A stretch of DNA of 63,783 nt, the filler included, from Pirum gemmata (Eukaryota): assembly GCA_002812295.1 (NCBI GenBank). It is 12 parts of 12 records of this genome, joined end to end, with 100 filler letters (N's around TTAATTAATTAA, not from the genome) between each part and the next. Parts side by side here need not be neighbours in the genome. Positions count along the whole stretch, not along the records: positions 37,166 to 42,252 come from PDIN01000698.1; positions 42,353 to 48,235 come from PDIN01000699.1; positions 48,336 to 53,413 come from PDIN01000700.1; 9 more parts are not named here. One strand, given 5' to 3'. The notes under the pieces were generated by a model that made no database searches, was not told the origin of the DNA, and saw only the letters and a list, made by a program, of their open reading frames with translations. Each line of letters opens with the position of its first letter. Position 1 is the stretch's first letter. The position numbers and the translations under genes were made by a program. Shown in pieces: positions 40,201-51,061 of the stretch.

Positions 40201-42046
40201 TCTAAAAGCCAAACTAGACGCCACAAACAGCGAACTTGATGAGTTAAAGGAAAACAACCAACGTGTTACTAAAGAGAAAACTAAATTGGAAGCTGATCTT
40301 GCAGAATTAGATGGACGTTGTACTTCGGCTGAAGAAAAAGTTAAGAAATTTGAAAAGAGTGCTGGCAAGTTAGGTGAAACCTTATCTGAAACTGAAGACA
40401 AATTGACCAAAACTGAAGCTGCACGTGCAAAATTAGAAAGTGAAAAACGTACTATGTCCTCTGAATTATCTGCAGCTAATGATCGTATTGCAGAGTTGGA
40501 AGCCAAAGTGGAGGAGTTGACTGCTGACTTAGCTAAAGCTAAAACTGAGATCACTGCTAAATCTGAAGAAATCGAAGAGAAAAACAGAGAAATTACTCAA
40601 CTTAAAAACCAAAACAGGTATAGTGTATTTGTTATTGTTATTACTATTACTATTATAATGATTTGTATCTTTGTATTACTATTACTATTGCTGTCATTAT
40701 TACTATTATTATCATTGTATCATTGTATTACTATTACTATCATTATTACTATTACTATTATTATCATTGTATTACTATTACTATTACTATCATTGTATTA
40801 CTATTGCTATTACTAATTACTAATTATTACAATTAAAACAAACAGAGATTTGAGTTCTGAAATTGACGACTTGAAAGATCAATTAGAAGAAAAATCTGCG
40901 TCCGTTGAAAAATACAAGAAAGAAGCTCAAAATGCAGAGAAACGCATCGAAGAATTGAGTGAAGAAATGTACCAAGGTGACGAAGAAAAATTATCTACTT
41001 TAAAATCTAAACAAGCCGAAATGGAAGCACTGAAAAAAGAGTTCGCGGCTTATCAAGAAGAAGCCGAAGCATCTTCAGCGTCGACTAAGAAACAATTGAA
41101 TGAAAAAATCAATTTGTTAGAATCTGATCTGGATGGTATTAGAAACCAAAAGAAAGAAGCAGATCGTCAAAATGCAGCTCTGAAAGATGAAAACTCTGGA
41201 TTACAAGAAAATTTGGAAAAATCTGAAGGACAAGCAAAAGCTGGTGATAAGAAATCACGCCATTTACAAGAACAATTAGATATCTTAAATTCACAACTTT
41301 CTGATAAAGAATCTGCATTAGAAGAAGCTAGTACCGCAAACACTAAACTTAAATCTGAAAACAACAGATTGTCATCTGAGTTAGAAGATAAGGAAAGTGG
41401 TATGTCAGGTGCTGAGAGAAATGCTAAAGCGTTACAAGAAAAATTGGATGATATGGAAGCTAAGTATGAAGCTGAAACTCGCGAAAAATTACAGTTGAAG
41501 AATGCTGCTAGACATCTTGAAGAGGAACAAGATTCTTTGAAAGAAGAACTACGTGAAGCTCAAGATCAACTTGAAGAAGCTAATAGAAACTCTGGCGGTA
41601 TTACCTCACAACTGGCTGCTATGAAATCTAAGGTTATTATTTATTATTTATTATTTATTATCATTATTTATTTGTTATTTGTTATTTGTTATTTATTATT
41701 TAGTATTTATTATTTATTATTATTAATTAATTAATTAATTATTATTATTTACAAAACAAATAGGTTGCAGAACTTGAAGAAGCAGCTGAAGAAAGTGAAC
41801 GTGCTAAATCCAAATTCAAAAAAGAAGCGGAAGAATTACAAGAACAAGTTGATGCAGCTGAGCGTAATGCCAAGAACCATAAATCTACAGCTGACAGACT
41901 TCAAAGAGAAAAGGATGATCTGGACGCTGAAATGTCCGAAGCTCGTAATGCAGTTAGTAAAGCTACTAACAAAGCTCGAAAACTTGAAAGTGATATCAAC
42001 ACTGCTCGAACTGAAGCTGACCAAGCCAAAGCTGATGCGGAATCTG
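37234..42046 (+). CDS. Myosin II heavy chain, truncated at both ends; exons 37234-37851, 37969-39153, 39371-40617, 40846-41632, 41764-42046
   Basis: [69 protein letters not shown], an IQ region, KWPWW at the head-tail junction and a long heptad coiled coil. GT..AG introns in phase. Confidence 0.96.
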
Positions 42047-42110
42047 GTATGGTTTTTTGTTTATTTTTTGTTTTATTTATTTTTTAATTTATTTATTTAT
42101 TTATTTATAT

Positions 42111-42153
<43 letters not shown>

Positions 42154-42867
42154 TATTTATTTATTTATTTATTTGTTGTGCTTTTTATAATCAATTTCAA
42201 ATGGTTCCATTTTTCAGATAGTGTTGTGAATTTTTTCATTTTTGTTTTTTATNNNNNNNNNNNNNNNNNNNNNNNNNNNNNNNNNNNNNNNNNNNNTTAA
42301 TTAATTAANNNNNNNNNNNNNNNNNNNNNNNNNNNNNNNNNNNNNNNNNNNNATAATATAATAATAATAATATTTTAATAATGATAATGATAATCATGAT
42401 AATAATGATAATAATAATTAAATTATAAATAATAATATAAATAATAATAATAAAAATGACGATCAAATATATAATATACAATAATAATAGTGAATCTACG
42501 AAATGACGTTTCAAACCTAACATACCTCACCACTCCTCAACCCTCACCGCTTATTTTATCATATAGATTATAGATAATATAGAAGCAAGTTCAAGTAGTG
42601 TTCAAGTAACTTAGTCTTGGAGGTAAAGTTAAAAAAAAATGTTACCATAAAAAATATTAACTAAAATATTACTGTAGAATAAATCTGAATAATTGGTCAA
42701 TAGAGGGTTTGGATCGTTTTATTTCTATTTTTAGTATTTCTTCAAATCCAGTCATATTGTTTAGTAGGGCAAAAAAATGACGTAAATCGTAAAATGACGA
42801 TTTACACCAAAAATTTCACTGAAAAAAAGAAAAAAAAAAAGAAAAAGATAAACATGTAAATAGACTC

Positions 42868-42875
42868 TATAAATA
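42868..42875 (+). promoter_or_regulatory. Possible TATA box (TATAAATA) about 90 bp upstream of the secreted repeat protein
   Basis: Motif and position only; weak in such AT-rich DNA. Confidence 0.3.
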
Positions 42876-42962
42876 CACATGTAATAAATAAATAAAAATA
42901 AAAAAATAAAAACAAACAAACAAACAAGCAAAAAAATAAAATTTTACAATAATAAAAATACC

Positions 42963-43367
42963 ATGTTTTCTAAATTTGCTTTAAGTTTAGCCCTTGTGGT
43001 CGGTGCCTCTGCCCAACCTTTATCTAAAGGAAACGGATTATGGTGCATATCAGTATTTGATTATATTGAAGTTGGTCCTGGTTGTTATCATGATGATTAT
43101 GATATTTATGCACCCGAGGAATCCGGTTATGTTTCTGAGGAATCCGGTTATGTTTCTGAGGAATCCGGTTATGTTTCTGAGGAATCCGGTTATGTTTCTG
43201 AGGAATCCGGTTATGTTTCTGAGGAATTCGGTTATGCTTCCGAGGAGTCTGGGTATGCACCAGAAGAATCTGGTTATCCATCTGAAGAACCAACTGGATG
43301 GTGCATAGAAATTTTCGGAGAAAAAGTTTATTGTTCTGAATCTTCAGCTGAATTAAAGTACTATTAA
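42963..43367 (+). CDS. Small secreted acidic protein with 8 tandem heptapeptide repeats (EESGYVS) between two WCI..F....C motifs
   Basis: ACCATG start; clear signal peptide MFSKFALSLALVVGASA; 21-nt repeat at 43116-43283 whose outer units carry synonymous changes, supporting coding status; intronless. Confidence 0.85.
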   Translation: MFSKFALSLALVVGASAQPLSKGNGLWCISVFDYIEVGPGCYHDDYDIYAPEESGYVSEESGYVSEESGYVSEESGYVSEESGYVSEEFGYASEESGYAPEESGYPSEEPTGWCIEIFGEKVYCSESSAELKYY

Positions 43368-44994
43368 TAAAGTCCTACTATTAAAAATCAAAGTCTACCC
43401 TGATTTTTAAGTTTGTATAATACATTTCTACTATGTAACATATATATAATGTATACAATAACTATACAATATATCCCGGCAATTACAAATACAATATATC
43501 CCAGTAATTACAATTAATTATAATAATAATATATAGCATTATGATAATATTAATATATATTCTAAAAATAACATGACATTTTACTACATATTATAATAAA
43601 ATCAGTTTTTTAAAATTAAATTAAAACCCTTTAATTAAAATTTAAAACATACATGTTATCGCTATGTTATATATAACGTTAACTTTAGTAGTTAATTGTG
43701 TAAACCTTTTACCTAGTACTAATGAATTAACATTTTAAAAAAATACTTTTAGGTTTAATTAAGAGTGTTATTAAAAAGATGAAGGCCATATCAAAATAAA
43801 AGTAATAACACTTCATAACAATAAATTTTAAACAACAAAACAACAGTAACAGTTAAAGTAATATTTATAGTTATAGTAAGATTAAGAATAATAGATATAA
43901 TTATAATATATAGTAATTGATTAATGATAATATAATATATTATACATTATAATTAGTATATTATATAATATTGTACATGTATGTGTATAAATGATATTTA
44001 ATGATACTAAATAATAATAATAATAAATTTTAATGATACTGATCATGGCTTTTTTACTTTATCCAAACATCGATAATATATCGTTACACTTCGTAACCCT
44101 AATTATAATCTAATCCTAATTATAAGATTCAAATCTTATACCCTATTATGGCTAACCCTATGCCTAAGTCCTCTACTAGAGCGACCTAACCCTAACACTA
44201 GCTAGACCCATCTAACACAAAAACTATAGCTACTACTAACGCTAATAAATACTGGTATATTATAACGATTTTTTTTTTTTCCAATTTTTTAAAATGTGTT
44301 TTTATTGAAGAAGGCCGGTTTCTATAGTATCGAGTTGGATGTTCGGATCGAAGGGCTCGCGCAATCCGACCTAGCTAGTGACGTTATCCCTTACCTTCGC
44401 TCCTTTGAACTAACCCCGATAAGCAAGAGTGAGCCGTAAGGGTTTTTGTAAACATAATATATATATTATACATATATTATAATATTAAATATATATAATA
44501 TAAGTCAAGTGAATTACGTGTAAGTTCTCGGTATTAAATAATACTTTGTTTTTTTTATTAGTATAAACGTAAAAATGTGCGAAAACTGGCACTTTTGAAG
44601 TTTTTAGCAAGACTTAAAACCTCGAAAGTGTTTCTAAAGTGAGACTTGCTCGAAAGTGTTTAGCGATTGTAATTTTTAGAGAGACTTAAAATACGATCAG
44701 AATACGATAACTACAAAAGGGGATATTTTAATATATATCAAGGAGTTCAAGAACTATATATATAATACATATTATATGTATATAATATATATAACTGTCA
44801 TAATATCCTTAACTGAAGGCCCACCTTTTCTCTTTTTCGCAACCAATCCCAATTTTGACTTATAATAGCATATCATTCTAGTGCTTACACCTAAATTTTC
44901 AGCTAATTTTTTATTGAGTAGATGCTTATTATCTTTTAAACAATCCTCTAATATTAATATTACTTCTATTATACCATATATCTTTAAATTTATT

Positions 44995-45180
44995 ATATGA
45001 AATAAAATGAAATAAAATGAAATAAAATGAAATAAAATGAAATAAAGTATGATATAAAATCACATAAAGTATGATGTAATATCACATAAAGTACATAAAG
45101 TATGAAATAAAGTATGAAATAAAGTATGAAATAAAGTATGAAATAAAGTATGAAATAAAGTATTAATATGAAATAAATAT
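44995..45180. repeat. Minisatellite (TGAAATAAAA)n / (TGAAATAAAGTA)n
   Basis: Direct reading. Confidence 0.85.
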
Positions 45181-45414
45181 ATAAAGTATGGGTTAAATTA
45201 AATTATTGAGTTAATTAAAATGGACTTTTAAAACCATTCTTGTTTCTGCGATAGTTCCAACATCAGATCGCAGACATCCAGTAAATGCTTCTGTTGTTAT
45301 TATATATATATAGGTGCCTGGAGTCTCAATTAATTAATAGATGGCCTCAGATAGCCGGAGATTGTGTATTTTTGCAAAAAAAAAAAACTTATCAAAATTG
45401 CACATTAATTTTTA

Positions 45415-45599
45415 TTGTGCTTTTCATTGATTTTGTCACTCCGAATATTTATTTGGTTGGTTATAATATTTAAATTGACTTTTTTAAATGAATAAATAGA
45501 TAATAAAATATACCAAATTAAATAAAATGGATTTATATTGTATTAATTTGGTACCCTTTATTGTATATTTTATGATGACAAAACAACTGAAAAGAACGA
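45415..45599 (-). mobile_element. MITE family A copy
   Basis: Family A sequence with both TIRs. Confidence 0.85.
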
Positions 45600-45628
45600 T
45601 GTCCTTTTGAAATAATAAACTCCGGTAA

Positions 45629-45768
45629 GGGAGTGTTCCAATACTACGTAACTCCGGTTAAATACAGCTTCAAATACCCCCTACCCACCTACCCCTTGAC
45701 CTTAATTTCCGGTCAAATACCACCTACCTACCTATCCCTTGACGTGACGTATTAATTAAAACGCTCCC
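45629..45768 (+). mobile_element. MITE family C (short subfamily)
   Basis: TAA|GGGAGTGTTCCAATACTACG...ACGCTCCC; similar to 57063-57205. Confidence 0.8.
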
Positions 45769-45818
45769 TGCAATCTTGGAGGCTCCTGCTTTAGTCTTTC
45801 TTCAAAAAAAAAAAAATG

Positions 45819-45885
45819 AGTAGGGGTGAGATGACGTCATTTTATTATTACCGAACAGCTGGTGGAACTTTTCCCGATTTTATTT
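45819..45885 (+). mobile_element. MITE family B1, 5' fragment
   Basis: AGTAGGGGTGAGATGACGTCATTTTATTATTACCGAACAGCTG identical to the start of 13868. Confidence 0.75.
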
Positions 45886-46283
45886 TTTTTGGAAACACGT
45901 AGTCTAGTGTATGATTTTATGTGCGTCACTTAATGTTTATGACGTCATAATATCCATTTTAATTATAAAAAAATGACGCAATACATTTCAAGTGTGTACC
46001 ATTTAGTGTCACTCAGTCTAGCTAGTAGCTAGCTAGCTAGCTAGCTAGTATAAATAATATGCACAAGCTCTTTATGATTATCATAGCTAGCTAGCAACCG
46101 CTATTAATAAACCTAACGATATTATTGATTATTTATATCATAATATTATTATGTTTTTTAAAAGTTCATTGTAAAATGTCATCAAGGATGATAATTTTAT
46201 AAAGCTGTTGCGTCATTGAATAATATTAGTAGGTTTAGTAAAGTTTTAGTAACTAGATTGCAACAAACTTTTAATTTTAAAAA

Positions 46284-47327
46284 TTAATTATTTGCAAATC
46301 GAGCCTGCCCTACTATGCATATGATCAGTAGTAGTAGTGTAGTAGTTTGTTCTAGTAATTCTATCATCTGTGTTGCTGGTGTGGTGTGTTGTATTTGTTC
46401 TTTGTGTGATGCTGCGGATGTTTGTGTACAGTATGTATGGTTTTTTGTCATCGATACTTCATTGTATGTTATCCCTGATGGTTGTGCTCGTGATGATTTG
46501 CGAATGTGTTGCTGCTGTTGCTGCTGTTGCTGCTGTTGCTGTTGTTGCTGCTGTTGCTGCTGTTGCTGTTGTGGTTGTTGTTGCTGTTGTTGCTGTGGTG
46601 GTGTTGTTGGTGTTGGTGTTGGTGTGAGTGCTGATAGTGTGGGTGCTGTTGGTGTTTGTGCTGATCGTGTGGGGGTTAATGATGTTGGTGGTGTGGATAC
46701 TGATGCTGGTGTGCTGTGTTGTTGTTGTGACTGTTGTTGTTGTCGTGTGTTGATGTTGGTCATCGTGACTTCGTTGTAGTTGTGTGTTCTGTTTGTGTTG
46801 CGTTGTGAGCGTCGTCGTTGTTCGTTCGTTGAGTGGTGTTGATGGTTGTGGTTATCGTAATCGTTATCGTCATCATCGTTATGGTTGTCGTTGATCGTGT
46901 ATGGAAATAGTGGTAGGTATGGGTTGTTGTAATATTGATTGTTATAGTGATGTCGTGTATGTAGTGGTTGTGTTTGTGGTTGGTGTTGTTGTGGTTGTTG
47001 ATGATGTTGTTGTTGTTGTTGTGGTTGTTGCTGTTGTTGTTGTTGTTGTGGTGGTGGTGGTGGTTGGTGTTCTTGTTGTTGTTGTGGTTGTTGTTGTTTT
47101 TGTGGTTGGTGGTGTTGTTGTTGTTGTTGTTGTTGGTGTTGTTGTTGTTGTTGTTGCTGTGGTTGGTTTTGTTGTTGTTGTGGTTGTGGGTATGTTTGTG
47201 TTATGCGTTTCCAATGTTGTATGTGTTGCTGATGTAGTTGTTGCAATTGCTGTTGTAATGTGTTTCTGTCGTTCTTTGTGTATGTCATCGGGTAGAGTGT
47301 TGGAAATATAACTACCGATCTTGATCT
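46284..47327 (-). CDS. Gln/Pro/Thr-rich low-complexity ORF, open into the N gap, with two R(R/K)SxR...YNEV(T/S)MT motifs
   Basis: At least 334 codons without a stop, including non-repetitive stretches; the duplicated peptide motif argues for coding. Function unknown. Confidence 0.45.
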   Translation of the reverse strand, partial: RSRSVVIFPTLYPMTYTKNDRNTLQQQLQQLHQQHIQHWKRITQTYPQPQQQQNQPQQQQQQQHQQQQQQQHHQPQKQQQPQQQQEHQPPPPPQQQQQQQQPQQQQQHHQQPQQHQPQTQPLHTRHHYNNQYYNNPYLPLFPYTINDNHNDDDDNDYDNHNHQHHSTNEQRRRSQRNTNRTHNYNEVTMTNINTRQQQQSQQQHSTPASVSTPPTSLTPTRSAQTPTAPTLSALTPTPTPTTPPQQQQQQQPQQQQQQQQQQQQQQQQQQQQQHIRKSSRAQPSGITYNEVSMTKNHTYCTQTSAASHKEQIQHTTPATQMIELLEQTTTLLLLIICIVGQARFANN

Positions 47328-48440
47328 NNNNNNNNNNNNNNNNNNNNNNNNNNNNNNNNNNNNNNNNNNNNNNNNNNNNNNNNNNNNNNNNNNNNNNNNN
47401 NNNNNNNNNNNNNNNNNNNNNNNNNNNNNNNNNNNNNNNATTAAAACATCATTTTCCCCTAAATTTTGCTGACTCGAAAAAAAAAAAAATTTTTTTTTTT
47501 ATATGTGTTATGATAGCTGTTATGATAGTAAAAATATATAAAAAAATTTTTTTTTTATCATAGAAAAAAAGGGAAAAAATGGGTGGGCTCATATGAGCCC
47601 TTTTTTCTGACCGATAGAGACTAGCTAGCTAGCTAGTAGTAGTACGATAGGCCATCGATATCGAAGCGATGCTGCGATAGACCTAGCTAGACCGGGTACT
47701 ATGTCATAGTCTAGTCTAATAAAACTAAATTTTTTGTTTTGCAACAATTTTTTTTCTATCTAAAATATGTATATTAAAAACTATCCAATTATTATTTAAT
47801 GGATAAATGTTAATTGTTTTGGTATGTTTTATGTATTTATTATTATATTTAATATTAATGTATAAAAGTTCAATCCTAATATTAAAAGTCCCAAATAAAT
47901 AATTGAAAGGCTAGCTAGGCATGGGTACTGCATGGGTGTACTAAGAGCTGTACTAAGAGTGTAGACCTATGATACTAAGTGTGTATCGATACCTGTGTGT
48001 ACTATTAGACTACTAGCTAGTATCATAGGTACTATTACGAATGGGATGGGCATATTACATCATCATTATTATCATGGATATTATTATTATTATTAGACTA
48101 CTATTAGACTATTATTATTGTTATTATTATTGTTATTATTATCATTATCATTATTATCATTATTATTATTATCATTATTATTATCATTATTATTATTATT
48201 ATTATCATTATTATTATCATTATTATTATCATTATNNNNNNNNNNNNNNNNNNNNNNNNNNNNNNNNNNNNNNNNNNNNTTAATTAATTAANNNNNNNNN
48301 NNNNNNNNNNNNNNNNNNNNNNNNNNNNNNNNNNNTAATAATAATAATAATAATAATAAAATAAAATAAAAATAGCTAAACAACAAACACACGCTCATAA
48401 AGGTAACTAAATAAACAGAACACAAATTCAATATATTTAC

Positions 48441-49101
48441 ATCGTGCAAATTATCAAGATCTACTGTGTCCCTATTTCCAAGACACAAATCATCACTACT
48501 TAAAACCAAATGGGATTTAAGCTTTTCGCTACTTCCCTTATCATCATTGCCATCGGTTTGTACACTCATAACAACACCAATTCGAGCTACACTTTCTACA
48601 CTAGACACTTTAGAACTAGGATTGATGGATAAGTTAGTTTGTAAAAGATTTTCATTTTGTGTGTTTGCCCCCGTCATTATATTTTTGCTGCTGCTGTTAT
48701 TATCGTAGCTATTGTTGTTGTTTTTGCCATCACTATTAATTTTATCTAGTTTGGATTGACTATTATTAACTTTGTTCCTATCAAAATCATTGCTATTGTT
48801 TTCATTATTGCTGTTGATATTTTCATTGTTATTTATTTTATGATCACTGTTTTTTTTCTTTAATAATGAAGGTTCTTGGTGGTTTTGGGTCGAAATGTAA
48901 CTGTTTCTGGTACTACTTTGTGCGCTGATATTTATATTGTTTATACTTTTTATATGACTATTTAATTTGCTTGTGGACGTTTTAATATCATTCGTTTTAG
49001 TGTTTTCGTCGTTATTATTTCCACCGAAATCTATTTGGTTGATGAGATCGTCATCCTCATCACTGTCATCAAACATCATTTTTGGTACTTTGGTGGGGGG
49101 G
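48441..49101 (-). CDS. Exon of an unknown protein (Asn/Ser-rich region followed by an ordered segment)
   Basis: Open frame of about 220 codons between acceptor CAG (49102-49104) and donor GAT|GTAAAT at 48440; could instead start at the ATG at 49079. Confidence 0.55.
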
Positions 49102-49602
49102 CTGTTTCTTTGTTTTTTTAAAAATAAGTGAAACGGAAAGTGTTATAATATACTATCGTAATATAGATAATTATCATTATTATATTATTATTATATCGTT
49201 ACACCTAGCTAGTATCGTCACACCGTAATACCCTGACAAACACGATATACTACAAGCTAGCTAGCTAGCTATTAGCTAGTAGCAAACACGATACACCCGT
49301 GACCCGACCCCTGCTAGCTAGTAGCTAGCTAGCACCCGACCCGGTCTGCACATTGAATTTAGTCTAGCTAGCTAGAGCTAGCTAGAGTAGTAGTACCCTA
49401 GCTAGCTAGCTCAGTGCCCTAGCTACCTAGCTAGTTCTAGTAGGGCCCTACCGAGAGCCTACAGTGAGCCTACCCTCAAGCAGCCCTCAAGCTACTAGCT
49501 AGACTAGCTAGCTAGTTGACCTAGCTAGCTAGTAGTAGCTAGCGAGTCTCTCTAGCTAGCTAGCTAGGTCTCATGACTTGTCTCCTAGCTAGTAGCTATC
49601 AT

Positions 49603-49838
49603 AAGGAGGGATGAGATGACGTCATCTTATCAATTGGATGCTCGGACCGGCGAACTTCCAGAAATTTCCTAAAGTTACTATAAATAGTATAATAAACTCT
49701 TTTTAAAGTAACTACTTAAATAGGTAGTTACTAAATAAATAATTACAAATACTAAATATGGTAAGGCGAAACAGGCGAACAACATTTACTTTGTGCCTCG
49801 GTCAAAAAAGTTCGCCATAAGAGTTCTCACCCCTCCTG
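49603..49838 (+). mobile_element. MITE family B2 (~235 bp, TIR AGGAGGG(A/G)TGAGA)
   Basis: AGGAGGGATGAGA...TCTCACCCCTCCT; second copy at 1009-1198. Confidence 0.85.
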
Positions 49839-50849
49839 ATAGAGTATTAAAAAGCTCACAGATCTAGCTAGCTAAAGTTTTTGCAGCAAAATTTGCTTTT
49901 TTCAATTAAATTTTTCTTTCAAAACAACAAAGGGTTAATTAATGATCCGGAGTTTTCGGATCGATCCGAAAACCCTTTCGGATGGTTCAGACGGATCCGA
50001 AAAAGTCTTCGGATTGCTTATAATAAAAATGATGTCATAGTCTCATAGATTCTACTTACTAATCTTACTAATAGACATTGTAGTCATTTATTTATAGACA
50101 GTACTAATAATGGACAGGAAAGAAAAATCAAAAAAATAAAAATTATGACGTCATAATCGTCATAAACAGTCAATTATGACGTCATAAGTAGTCAATTAAG
50201 ACATCATAAAACATCATTAGTTTCCGGATTCGAACAAAGCAAAAATACGGTATTAATATCCGAAGAAAAATTGAAACAAAAGGACTTCAAAAAACTGACA
50301 AAATTACAAATCGTAAAAAAAAAATATATATCAAAGTTATGATCTATATTTAAAAATTAAATCCAATTTTAACTAATGATAGCTCACAGATCTAGCTAAA
50401 GTTTTTACTTTTTTCGGGACTTTTTTCAATTTTCTTTCAAAATAACGAATCAGCTAATTCTTATCGTAAAAATAAAAAACATTAAAAAAAATATGAAAGT
50501 TACTATAATTCTTATTACTAATTCTTATCGTAAAAATAAAAACATTTTTTTTTTTTAATTTTTTTTTTATTCGGATAATATTCCATCTAGTCCATGATCT
50601 GGATATTCTCAGGATATTCTGGATATTATTATAATATCATAATTATGATACTATCCGTATACTATCATACTAATGGTGCATTAATATCAAAGTTACTATA
50701 TTTGGAATAAAATACTCAGATTACTATATTTGGTATAAATACTCTAGACATAGAACTAAGATACACTAGATAATATAATATATAGACGCTACGATAATTT
50801 ATTAGGGGTTAAGTTAGAGGGTTTAATAGTGGGTTAGAACTCTACTAGC

Positions 50850-50956
50850 TAGGGTTAGGATAGGGTTAGGGTTAGGGTTAGGGTTAGGGTTAGGGTTAGG
50901 GTTAGGGTTAGGGTTAGGGTTTAGGGTTAGAAAGTGTTAGAAGTTAGGGTTAGGGG

Positions 50957-50997
<41 letters not shown>

Positions 50998-51061
50998 GGT
51001 TAGGGTTAGGGTTTAGGATTAGGGTTAGGGTTAGGGTTAGGGTTAGGGTTAGGGTTAGGGT
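50850..51061. repeat. Interstitial (TTAGGG)n array
   Basis: Direct reading; further arrays at 51408-51527 and 53350-53413. Confidence 0.95.

Noticed and set aside
43116..43283. 21-nt repeat array as CRISPR
   Set aside because: No spacers, in-frame coding repeat, eukaryotic context.
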